NCBI GenBank assembly: GCA_907165135.1 | Contig: OU015570.1 | Span: 2,377,929-2,441,928 of the forward strand | Direction of reading: 5' to 3' | Length of the DNA: 64,000 nt | DNA from: Oikopleura dioica | Lineage: Eukaryota > Animalia > Chordata | The notes under the pieces: model-generated | Databases searched by the model: none | Told to the model about the DNA's origin: nothing | What the model saw: only the letters and a program-made list of their open reading frames with translations | Made by a program: the position numbers and the translations under genes | Shown here: positions 48,328-58,363 of the stretch, piece after piece | Numbering within the stretch: position 1 is the stretch's first letter | How the letters are laid out: the number at the start of each line of letters is the position of its first letter

Positions 48328-50191
48328 TTAACCCCTTCGTCTTCGTTTTGGAGCAGCCTTGGGAGGCGGTGGGATAGTTTCGGCCCTTCGCTTTGTGCCC
48401 CTTGCAGTAGTTTTCATGACCCGAGTACCGCCCACCACAGATGCCTCTGAATAATAATAATAATTAGTGAGTTCCCAAGTGAGTAAATACCTCGAGCTTT
48501 GGCGTCCAAAAACAGCTCTCGCACTGGCAGCCTCATAATCATTGCATCCCATTGTTGCACAAGCGTATCGGCAAATTTGATTTTTGCAGTAACGAGCGCA
48601 GTTTGACCTTCACCATCATTGTCGAAAATGAGCGGCACCAACCAATTTTGCCCTTTAAAGACAAAATAGTCGAGTCCGCTAGCTGTAGCTGCATTCTCCC
48701 ATCGTCCATTGTGTTTCATAAAGTTGATGTAGTGCTGAGTTGCAGTTGACCAAGGAGATCGATATGCAGGCTGACCATCAATGTAAATGGTAAATTCTTG
48801 AATTTTGAAAAATGGATGTTCCATTGTAGTCTTTGAGATGCACTTTTCAAATGTCATTTGACTAGCTTGTGAATAGGGCATTCCTGTGAAAATTATCATT
48901 TTGGGAACAGGTCCTGCGCTCAACTCAATGTCGTACTCGCTCATTCCAGTTCCAAGTGTCTTTCGGGTGAATTTCGGATAGTAAAATGGAATAACACATT
49001 CACCATCCCGTCCAGTTGAAATTGGTCTTTCGGCATCAGTTTTTGGATCGCAAAAGACTGATTCCATCAAAAAATTTCGAGGCTTGAGTCGCTCCTTTGG
49101 ATCCAGCTTGTTTTCCCTGAAAAAGTAGATCATCTTTTCGTCTTCGGCAAAGTTTTCTTGTCCTTCAATTTCTTCTGTCTTGACCATGTCTTCGATGATG
49201 TCGTGGGGGCGCCACCATTTTAGATCCGTTCCATTGGCAGCCGTGGTTTTGATGTCGGTTGCCTTGATGTTGACTTCGTCGTCGCTGTACGGGTCCAATT
49301 CAGAGTTGAACTTTTCAATTACCCGTTTAATTTTTTTAGCCTTTAATTTTTCAGCGCAATCGCATTGGCCCGCATTGTTGTGCTGCCCAATATTTTTTTC
49401 AAAAGTTTGAATTTCTTCGGGAAAGGGCATTCTGACTTGATCTAGCTGGGACATTTTGGCTCGGCACTTTTGAAAGTTGGAATGGCGCATTAAAGCATAA
49501 CACTGCTCATTCATTGTAAGTTCAATTTGTACTCGGGTGCCGGCTGGGAGCACTCGACCCTGTCTGCACAGGCCGTGCATAATGGGAGCCCGAACTTCGT
49601 ACTCGTGAAAGAGTCTCTCATACGGGATCCAGATCTCGTATGCCGTCTTCTTTGACAAATTTTTGCTTTATCTCAGCCGGCTCCCATAGCTCGGTGGCAA
49701 ACTGTTGCCGATTCTCGACCAAATTTAGCTTTTCCCCTCGAAATTAGTGTGATGCACTTTGAAGCGCTCAAGTTCGGGCCCCTCTGCATCAAAAGTGTCA
49801 AACCTTCCCTGGGAGAAAAGCTCGACTTCTTGAGCCACTGTTGATTTGTTGAGTTTGGCCTCACAGTGGCTATAGTGGCCATACTCGGCTGGGTCAAAAG
49901 ACGAAAAGAGCCGAGTATCTGCAATGATAAAGTCCATTTTTTAATGCCCTTGGACAAAATATCATTATCGGGCACATAATTTGAGGGCATTTTAAAATTG
50001 CAGCCAAACATGCACTGCGACAATTTAAGACTGTACTTGTCATCGGGCACTTCAAAACGGGTAATTTCCGGACAGTCATTTTTGCCGAGTCGCGGCACTA
50101 CTTTGTAGCCCTTGTACGGATCCAGAGTTTCTTTGAGTTCGCGCTTTCTTCCGCGAAAGAACATGAGATTTCCATAATTTTCGTTTGCCAT
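48328..50191 (-). CDS. double-jelly-roll major capsid protein (about 600 aa; 2 frameshifts, 1 intron)
   Basis: Polinton MCP-like segments PIMHGLCRQGRVLPAGTRVQIEL, GPVPKMIIFTGM and HPFFKIQEFTIYIDGQP; intron 48447-48490 adds a basic tail KRRRRG. Confidence 0.8.
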
Positions 50192-50317
50192 TCTAAACGC
50201 ACTGCATTAGACAACTGAGTTACACAAGCTTTTTCAAATATTCCAATATACGAGCACAATCAATAAATCGGAAAACAACGAGGACAACATAGGTGACGAG
50301 AATTGCCACGAGCATAA

Positions 50318-50464
50318 TCATCTTCGTCTTCGTCGCTTGGCGCTGGCTCGTTTCTTGGGCCGAGACACTATTCCTCGTTTCGAGAGAGACAGTACTTTGC
50401 CTCGGGTCGTCACAAGGAATGCAATCGGCGATTGCTTCTTCTTGCTCTTTCGTCGGCGCGCCAT
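50318..50464 (-). CDS. 48-aa protamine-like basic peptide (candidate virion core protein)
   Basis: MARRRKSKKKQSPIAFLVTTRGKVLSLSKRGIVSRPKKRASAKRRRRR: 21 of 48 residues are K/R, none acidic; preceded by a TTATTCAG acceptor; directly upstream of MCP. Confidence 0.6.
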   Translation of the reverse strand: MARRRKSKKKQSPIAFLVTTRGKVLSLSKRGIVSRPKKRASAKRRRRR

Positions 50465-50582
50465 CGAGTGCGATTATTCCCCCAATCTTGACTGAATAAA
50501 ATTTTAACCTTTACAAGTCACCAAGCGACCAAATTTACGACAGTTGTAACGACAGTTTTTACGACAATTGTAACGACAGTAA

Positions 50583-52824
50583 TTAAATTTCAGTCTTGTC
50601 TTTAACAAAATTAATTTCGGGTTCGTAGTAACGGCGATGCAAAGTTTGGCCCTGGGGACCTCGCAAAGAGTAAGTTGGTTCAAAAGTTCCAAAGTGAATA
50701 TCAAAAATTTCGTACAATTCTTTGGTCCACTTTGCGCGCGCCCCTTTCCTAAAGCGGGATGATTTAGCTGCAGGTAAAGTGTCGAGAGGGATTCGAACAA
50801 GATCTCCAATAAAATATTTGGAACTTTTGCCAGTGCGTTCTTCGTACTTGCGCTTGAGTTCCAAATAATCAAAGCTCGCGCGCATTTGCACGATTAACGC
50901 TACTGGGAGCACGATTAATTGCGCTATGCACAGAATTATTGTAGGCAACATTGACATCTTGAAGAATGTGTATCCAGCGGCGAATTCCGTTGTGCGATGC
51001 GAAATAGAGCTCCAAACGATCTTCCAGCGTGCGACTTAAGTTATCCGTTTGAATTTAACAAATTAAAATTGCATGCAAAAGCTATCAATTATTCAACGCA
51101 CTTGAATCGCTCAGCAAGAGCAGCTTTTACGCCGGTTAGCTTTACGGGCGTCATGTTCCAGTCGTCGAGCAGAAGCGCAACTTCCCCTTGAATTCGTTTC
51201 CTTGATCCGTCATAAACATGGTGTGCCCAGGCAAATCTAGCGTGGAAAATATGTCGCCCAAAAGCTGAGCGCATTCGGCAGATGATTTGGTTTTCATGGG
51301 GCGCACAAAAGATTGCCGAGACAATCCGTCTACAACTACCAAAATGTATGGATAGCCAGAGTTGACGGTGGCATCGTTTTTGTACGCTTCGATTGTATCT
51401 GCATAAAGACACGTGTAGAGTCCAGTTGCAATGACGGGATTTCGCCTAAACTTTTTGACAAGCGGCTTGTGGCGAGAAAGCACTTCATTGCGCCGCTTCA
51501 TTTTTGCCACATCGAGCCGCGAATATGCAGTTGGCTCGTTGAAATTGTAGAATAAATTTTGACTGTTGTTGGGTTGTTGTTGTTGTTGTTGTTGTTCTTG
51601 TTGTTGATTTGGTTGTTGCTGGCGTTGTTCCCGCTGGCGTTGTTCCCGCTGCTGCTGCTCATTTCCAAAAATTGGAAAGGTCCTTGATTGGGGCTCCTTC
51701 GGGCTCGGGGTCGCTTGATTCGCGCGATTCGACTGAGTCGGAGTCGACTTCTTCGTCGTCGTCGCCGATGGTGGCGGTGGTGTGACCAGGTTCAACTTTG
51801 ACTGCGGTGACCTTAGGTTGAGCATCTTTGCTATTCTTTGGGATCTCTCCAAATTGCTTTCGGAATTGGGCAGACCGCTTTGCAAAACTGTCCTTGGCAT
51901 CATGTCCGGCAAATCCAACGGGTTCCCGAATTGATCTACTGTCCGTTGGCTCGAGCTCGGGCTGCTGGTGGGGATTTCCATCGGCTCCGAAAAAGTAGTC
52001 TTTTGGGTACCACTGCTTGGTTGGAGCAAATCGGGGAAAGTCGTCTTGCCGCTCTTCTCGCCCCCCACGCATTGGGTCAAAAAAGAAAGGCCGCGGCTCT
52101 GGGTGAGCAAAGCCGGAGTAAGAATCGGTTTGACGACTGTAGGGCCAGTTGGATCTCCTAGCCCTGCTCTGTTGAGCTCCTCGGTCATCGTATCTTGCCA
52201 TTTTGCCGCCGCCTGGACTGGGTTCAAATCGGACCCGCTTGGATCTGGGTTCAAATTTTTGTTCAAATTTTTGATCAAATTTTTGTTCGAATCTGGGGTC
52301 AAATCTGGGGTCAAATCTGGGGTCAAATCTTGGGTCGAATCGGGGGTCAAATCGGGGGTCGAATCTTGGGTCAAATAGGGGTTCATAATAGTCGGGTTCG
52401 TAATGGCGAGGTTCGTATTCGCGAGGCTCGTATCTTGGCTCGTATCTGGAATCGTGCCTTGGCTCGGGATGGGAACCATGCTTTGGTACATGCCGTGGCT
52501 CGTGCCTTGGTTCATGCCTTGGCTCGTGCCTTGGCTCATGCCTTGGCTCATGCCTTGGCTCATGCCTTGGCTCATATTCGCCTCTGGGCGGTCCAGCGGA
52601 AGTGGAGTTTTCCGCGGCCGGCCTCGGGGCCTCTTCGTTGTCTGCAAATCTTTTTGGTGAGTCTTCTGATTCGACTTCGTATTCTTGTTGCGTCGGCTCG
52701 ATGTCAATGTTTCTAGGCCTGTAGGAGTACGATTTTCCCATTGGAATGGCTCGGTTTGAAAATCTTGCAACCATTTGGGCGGTTCGCGTCTCCTCTTCGG
52801 TGTAGTCCGGGTAGGGTTCGCCAT
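50583..52824 (-). CDS. int: retroviral-type (Polinton) integrase with long low-complexity N-terminus
   Basis: YADT...GYPYILVVVDGLSR, MTDQGNEFKG, AALAERF|NRTLE (intron 51035-51101), YNNSVHSAI, GDLVRI, KWTKELY, RRYYEPEI; frameshifts at about 51185 and 50872. Confidence 0.92.
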
Positions 52825-52939
52825 TTGCGCGAGGGCCGCGGGCCCTTACCCTACCTGTGTCGGGATTGTACTCGATGTCGTCAAACAGATGTCCAAATTC
52901 AGTTGGAGTCAGACTAAAGTATACACTCGCTGTTTTCAT
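51659..52939 (-). CDS. 426-codon ORF overlapping the integrase frame (EPRH/FDPR repeats); may be the true integrase N-terminus
   Basis: Open for 426 codons in a second frame; ends at an A5 run at about 51667-51671. Confidence 0.5.
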   Translation of the reverse strand: MKTASVYFSLTPTEFGHLFDDIEYNPDTGRVRARGPRANGEPYPDYTEEETRTAQMVARFSNRAIPMGKSYSYRPRNIDIEPTQQEYEVESEDSPKRFADNEEAPRPAAENSTSAGPPRGEYEPRHEPRHEPRHEPRHEPRHEPRHEPRHVPKHGSHPEPRHDSRYEPRYEPREYEPRHYEPDYYEPLFDPRFDPRFDPRFDPRFDPRFDPRFDPRFEQKFDQKFEQKFEPRSKRVRFEPSPGGGKMARYDDRGAQQSRARRSNWPYSRQTDSYSGFAHPEPRPFFFDPMRGGREERQDDFPRFAPTKQWYPKDYFFGADGNPHQQPELEPTDSRSIREPVGFAGHDAKDSFAKRSAQFRKQFGEIPKNSKDAQPKVTAVKVEPGHTTATIGDDDEEVDSDSVESRESSDPEPEGAPIKDLSNFWK

Positions 52940-53097
52940 TCACTCCCATGCGCCGCGCTCATTATGCCTCTCTCTAGTAATCAATCTAGGATTAATATTT
53001 AATTCTCCCTTAAATCAGTTTTTTCATAATTTTGAGTGCGCCACCTACAAAAATCGGACCCAATATAAACTGCGGTTTCATCTACAAAAGTACAAAA

Positions 53098-53925
53098 ATG
53101 TCTTCAATCATGGAACAACTCCGCCGGGAGCAAGAGTCTCCCGAAAAAGAGAATTCACTTCCATCGCCCTCTGATAATCGGCCTGAGCCGTCAGATTTTC
53201 GCGTACCTGAGCCGCCTCAGAGAAAACGAAAAAGGAGCAGCTCCCCATCCCCAACTCGAATCAGCAAAAAGGCCCTCTTGGACTTTTTATTCGGCGCCGA
53301 AGATCAACCCTCAACTTCGAGAGCAATCGAGACCACTCCTGAAGACAACAACGACAAATCTCAACCCAAGTCGCCAAAGAAGCGCAAGCACATTCCTCCA
53401 CGACCAGCATCTAGCTCCGACGACGAAGACGACGGTGACGACGAAGACGACTGCACCCCCGAGCCTTCCGTCAAGAAAGCCAAAGCCGCCCCCTACACGC
53501 CGACCTTTATAAAGATCCAAACCGCGTTTCCAATCTTGGAGAAGGAGGAGGAATCTCTCTCGGCGCCATTTTTGGCGCTCATCGACGGACACAAGCTCTC
53601 CAATCCTCCCAAGGGCACCTACTGGATCAACTTGCTCATTGAGCGAAGCGTTCGCAAAGACACGAGCCCCCGATTTGATTTTGAAAAGCTGTTGAAGCGA
53701 GGATCGCGCATTCAGTGCGTTATTAATCTCCACAGTTTTAATCCCAAGAAGCGAGACGACGTCGAGTTCAAAAAGTACTTGCCCACAGTTTTGGATCAAG
53801 GAGGAAAAGTCGTCGTCTTTCTGCGAGCACGAGTCGAGCCCAAAAAGCCCGAATATCAACGGGCCTTTGAGCCTAAAGGCTATTTCAAATCCAAGTTTCT
53901 CTTGCCACTCAAGTCGACAGAATGA
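53098..53925 (+). CDS. Polinton orphan protein (acidic/Pro-rich N-half, globular C-half)
   Basis: Intron-free ORF; AAAATG start at about 53098; its stop overlaps the ATPase start (ATGA). Confidence 0.7.
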   Translation: MSSIMEQLRREQESPEKENSLPSPSDNRPEPSDFRVPEPPQRKRKRSSSPSPTRISKKALLDFLFGAEDQPSTSRAIETTPEDNNDKSQPKSPKKRKHIPPRPASSSDDEDDGDDEDDCTPEPSVKKAKAAPYTPTFIKIQTAFPILEKEEESLSAPFLALIDGHKLSNPPKGTYWINLLIERSVRKDTSPRFDFEKLLKRGSRIQCVINLHSFNPKKRDDVEFKKYLPTVLDQGGKVVVFLRARVEPKKPEYQRAFEPKGYFKSKFLLPLKSTE

Positions 53926-54657
53926 TCGGCTCAAGTTTTCTTGGTAAGTACTTTGGGGACACGCGGCTCAAACATCCATTTGCGGCGATTATTAGCGGAA
54001 GTACGGGCACAGGCAAGACCCACGTAGCTAAACAGCTCATTGAAAAAGAGGGCATAAGGGGAAGAATTTCGACCATTTATTACTTTATGCCCCGCCTGGA
54101 GCCTTTGAACATTAAACCCCCAGCCCATCAGCGATTATTTTTGATGGAAGGTCTCCCCACTAGAAAATGGGTTGATGACACGTTTAAAGAGACCCAGCGC
54201 GACACTCTGATTATTTTCGACGATCAGTGGGCAGAGTGCGTTGAAAACCGGGCAATCGAATATCTCTTTGTTTATGGGAGACGCCATCTGGGGATTAGTT
54301 TAATTGGCATCACCCAAAATTTTTATCAAAAGTCGAAAAGCTCCACCCTCTATCGGTTTGAATTTTCTAGAATTGCCTCAACTAATTGTTTATTTTAGCA
54401 ATTGCATGACATGCTTTGTCTTGCTGCCGAATCATGTAGACTCGTCAATCAACGCCACCATCGCCACCAAGCTCGGCTACAGCGCCTGCTACAAAGCCGC
54501 CCGAAAGCTCTTCAAAGAACGTCGATGCCGGTACCAGTACGTTATAATTAGAAAAGACGTAGAAGATCCGACGACGCCGACCTTTTATACAAACGCCTTT
54601 TCTGACATTCCCGAGTTGGGGCCAAACCCCGTCTTCTTTGAAGAAAACGACGAGTAA
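53922..54657 (+). CDS. A32/FtsK-like DNA packaging ATPase (one intron)
   Basis: RLKHPFAAIISGSTGTGKT (Walker A); LIIFDD (Walker B); GRRHLGISLIGITQNFY; intron 54356-54398 joins LYR|NCMTCFVLLPN. Confidence 0.92.
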
Positions 54658-54901
54658 CTATACGATTCGGCATTCATTTGTAACACTCTTTTTCTACACT
54701 CAACCGCTTTATCTACTTTCAACCGCAAAACAACAAAAAAGAATAAATGTTTTTATACAAAATTAGAAATTGTATTTGGTTTTTTGCAGAAATACAGTAG
54801 CGAGTTTGGCAAAGTGACAATGACAGTAAACAATGCAGGCCAGCAAGCCAACAAAGTTTAAAATCGTATCAGCAGAGCAAAACTCGGCACACGGAGCGGG
54901 T

Positions 54902-55456
54902 CTAAAAATTGCGACCGCAAATATCAAGGACGCGGCCATTGGCCGATCGGATCAAAATTTTGACCCGCTCCGCGCGCAGATCGTTGACAAGGCGATGCTC
55001 TTGGGTCTCTTCGGCGTCGAGGATGTCGCACATTTCCTTGGCGAAGGCGGCGCGCTCGAGAACGGTGTTGGCCTGGGTGAGGCGGAGGAATCGAAGGTTG
55101 TCTAAATAAAAGTTAGTTGAGCATTTTTTCGAGCTACTCTTACCTTCGAAAATAGAAGCGCCGTCGATGCAGTAGCTCAGCTGGTCAGCGTCCACGTCGA
55201 CAAAGTTGACGCCATTTGGCGCGCGAGTGGGATACTTGGGCGCGGGAGGAGCCAACGGAACTCGCTGAGGCTGGGCCTCTTGGTAGGTGCGCTGGTTTTC
55301 CTGCTGTCGCTGCTGCTGTCGCTGTGGCTGGGGCTGCTGCTCGCCCTTTTTCTTGCCGCCAAAGAAGGGCATCTTTCCTCGGCCAACTTCGGGAGCTTCA
55401 GCGGGCTGGGAGAGCGTTCTCGAGGCAGCTGCCAACTTGGCGCTTGCTCGTGCCAA
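54902..55456 (-). CDS. Polinton orphan protein (Q-rich, probably one intron)
   Basis: 184-codon ORF with a GTAAGA...TTTAG intron-like stretch near 55105-55144. Confidence 0.5.
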   Translation of the reverse strand: MARASAKLAAASRTLSQPAEAPEVGRGKMPFFGGKKKGEQQPQPQRQQQRQQENQRTYQEAQPQRVPLAPPAPKYPTRAPNGVNFVDVDADQLSYCIDGASIFEGKSSSKKCSTNFYLDNLRFLRLTQANTVLERAAFAKEMCDILDAEETQEHRLVNDLRAERVKILIRSANGRVLDICGRNF

Positions 55457-55781
55457 AGATTTGGCGAGGTTGGTTCGCTTGGCCGCCGTTGTCTAAACAA
55501 ATTTGTTCTAGAATTGTTTTTTTCAACACTGCAGCAAGCTACAGTCGAAGCAAGCTACTAGCCACAGTCGCAGCAAGCTTCACTTGCGAAAATTTCGACT
55601 CACCTGCTTGGTCATTTCAAAAAAGTAAAAATTGATCCTTGCTGTAGGGTTGCAAAAACCAAACTGAGCATTTTTTTGCATTTTTCACACTCGCCAGGGG
55701 CAGTTCTAGAGAAATTTATTCAATTTTTTTATTGAAAACAACAATAACAAACAGGGTGCAGAGTGGGTTCTAGAGATTTTT

Positions 55782-57104
55782 TTAATTTTCTTCTTGGACG
55801 ACGACGGGGCGCAGAGTTTCTTCGACTTGGCGACCGTTGAGCAGTGGATCGGCGGCTTGTCCTTGCGGCGGCAAAATTGGAACTGGCATTCTATTTGCGC
55901 CAAGAATGAATCTCGGTCGTCCAAAAGATTGGACCTGAAAATTTTCAAAGGGCACATCGTTTGTGCGCGTACGAACCCGGTCAATAAAGATTCGATGGGG
56001 ATTAATGTCGGCGCGGATGATTCGAGGAAAGACGGGATTGTAGAAGCTGTTGCGAAAATCTTGGACGAGCGAGGCGTTTCCATTGTTGCCAGTGACAAAG
56101 AGCACACCGTTCCAGGGAATTTTTTCGCGGCAACATTTGACGCGAAAAGGTGAAACCGCGTAGTCGAATTCAACATCTCCACCGCCACCAGTAGTTGCAA
56201 CATAGAGCTCACGTCTGCGCCGGCGCTCGGCATCGAGGCGACCAATGTAATCCTCGAGGCGATCTGCGGTGAAAGCACAACAGCCGATTTTTTGCTGGCG
56301 AAGTTTCACTGTTTTTACGCTTTCGGTGAACCTTCGCAAATCGTAATCGGTCATTTTTTCTAGCTCGTACTGCTCAATCGGAAGAAATTGGCCAAGGATG
56401 CGGCGGACTTGATCGTTGGCGGTCTCTTGGTCAAAAGTTTTGTCCTTGTAAAAGCGGTCACGCAGCGTAGTTTCAGCAAACAACACCAGAGTCGAGTTGA
56501 AAAGCTTGTTCGAATAGCCGCTGAATCGCTTTCGCATGTCGTGAAAATAGGTTTCGTAGCGCGGGTACTGAACGCGATTGTAGGGCATTGAAAATTTTTG
56601 ATTTTTCAGCGAGTCGGCGTCGCGAGAGTATTCAATTTCGTAGGAGCGGCAAGTGTACTCGTTGTTGCTATCAGTCGTGTGCATCATTGTGGGGCGATTC
56701 GAGTTGAGCAGCGGGCCACTTTTTCGAAGTCCTCCTTGAGCAATGTCGACAACGGGAATCAGACATCTTTGGCCCTTGGTCGAGTAGGTTTCCGGATCAA
56801 CTAGAATTTATTAGAAGGTGAGAGAACATTTCAACATACCGGTGACACGATGAACTACAATTTTGAGCCCAATTTTTTCGACGCCATTTTCCCTGTATCT
56901 CTGAGGAATAAATTCAAAACTTTCGTCGCTGGGAACTCCGCAAACTCGAGTCGGGCGAACTTCGATTGATCGGAATTCGTCTTCATAGTTGACGCCGATC
57001 AACGGTACTTGGTTCAGGCCAATCTTTGAGGCAATTTCCACCTTTTTCATGGGCATTTTTAAATGTGACAATTGAGTCCAAAATTCCACCCAGTCCAGCT
57101 CCAC
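55782..57104 (-). CDS. probable minor capsid (penton-like) protein, about 430 aa, one intron
   Basis: Intron 56801-56839 joins ORF 56811-57104 in frame to ORF 55782-56687; the C-terminal IIRADINPHRIFID...VPF...FGRPRF resembles the Polinton minor-capsid pattern only weakly, by eye. Confidence 0.45.
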
Positions 57105-57266
57105 CAGTGCTCCTCCACTCGATATCCATATGCCGAGATCAATTATTCAGTCCAACGGTATTCCGCTCAATCGAAATCTACTGATAAACGGTTCAAAGGA
57201 TACAGCACGTCAGAGAGAGATCATTCATCGGCAAGAGAAGACATCATTCATCAGCCAGAGAACAAA

Positions 57267-57419
57267 ATGCCAAAACGAAACTTTAAAAAGTCTTTTCTTG
57301 GAGTCGACGGCAGCGTCTACTGCTACGAGTGCTACTTGGAAAATCGACCTCACGCTCACCTCATGTTCAAGCCCTACATCTTTTGCTCCATTTGCAAAGC
57401 CGAGTTGACTTGGAGTTAA
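57267..57419 (+). CDS. 50-aa CxxC-x17-CxxC zinc-binding peptide with a VxCxE motif
   Basis: MPKRNFKKSFLGVDGSVYCYECYLENRPHAHLMFKPYIFCSICKAELTWS; AAAATG start context. Confidence 0.55.
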   Translation: MPKRNFKKSFLGVDGSVYCYECYLENRPHAHLMFKPYIFCSICKAELTWS

Positions 57420-57699
57420 AGTCTCGCAGCCAGCGTGCCAGTTTGGCGCAGGTAGGAAAACCTAAATCAAGGTCTTAGTGGTCCCTCGAGTTCGATTCTC
57501 GCCAGTGACCAAGCTCTTTCGGGGGCGAAACGAGAATCAAAGCTTATTCCGGCGGCTATTACGGCGGCCGTACAGAGCACCAGGAAATAGCTGACACCTC
57601 AGCTCAAGCTACCCGCAAGGAGGAGGAGGAAACCGGAGTTGGAGGCGCGGTAGACAATCAAAAACCACCAAACTTTTTTTCATTTTTTATTGCACTAGA

Positions 57700-57840
57700 A
57701 TAACAATTGCACTAGAATAAGAATTGCACTAGAATAAGAATTGCACATGAATTTAGAATTGCACTAGAATGGCACGTGGGAAATTGCACTATAGGACACG
57801 TGGGAAAAGAGTAGGCGGGAAATTAGTAGGCGGGGATTAG
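57700..57840. repeat. short tandem motifs near the right TIR
   Basis: GCACTAGAAT(AAGAATT) x4-5, CACGTGGGAAA x2 and AGTAGGCGGGGA x2. Confidence 0.6.
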
Positions 57841-57862
57841 TCAGCAAGCACGTGGACGACAA

Positions 57863-58075
57863 TCAAAAGAGAACAGAGATGGTGCTGCCAAAGGCGTTAT
57901 TGATGGCAGCTTTGCTTCCGTAGCTGACCGTGTAGTCGACGATATTTTTTTCTTGCTGCTTGCAGATGATCTTGAGCTTCCTGCGCAGTCGCTGGCTCTT
58001 GGTTCGCAAAAACGGCACATTTTTCTTTTGGAGGGTTTTTCCAATCTTTTTCGTAAAGCCCTTGAGAGAAAACAT
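57863..58075 (-). CDS. small basic orphan ORF
   Basis: 70 codons, K/R-rich, preceded by an acceptor-like TGAATA/CAACTG region; may be one exon of a longer gene. Confidence 0.3.
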   Translation of the reverse strand: MFSLKGFTKKIGKTLQKKNVPFLRTKSQRLRRKLKIICKQQEKNIVDYTVSYGSKAAINNAFGSTISVLF

Positions 58076-58363
58076 TATTCAGTTGCTGTAGATATTGATT
58101 TTAAATGACAACTAGAAAATTGGAGCGCATTTATACCTACCTCGGTTTCTAGCGCCAATTTTTCACGCCTTGTGTTATTGGAATTTGATTTAATCAATTT
58201 AGATTGGACCGCAATCGAAGCATCATCTACATCCAGCATCTACATCTTCCGCCAGCTGTGCCACCATCGTCCTGCAATAAAGCCTTCTTCCGCGAAAATG
58301 GGTGCAACTTGTCGTTATTTATGCAGATAAGATCTTTTGAAATTTAAAATTTCACGCCCCAGG

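Noticed and set aside
43117-50191. Programmed ribosomal frameshifting as the explanation for the split ORFs
   Set aside because: Too many sites, mixed directions, and mostly not X XXY YYZ slippery heptamers; sequencing error or mutation is more parsimonious.
53032-53925. This ORF as the Polinton cysteine protease
   Set aside because: GTYW and VINLHS only superficially resemble adenain motifs; the order is wrong and there is no catalytic His/Cys pattern.
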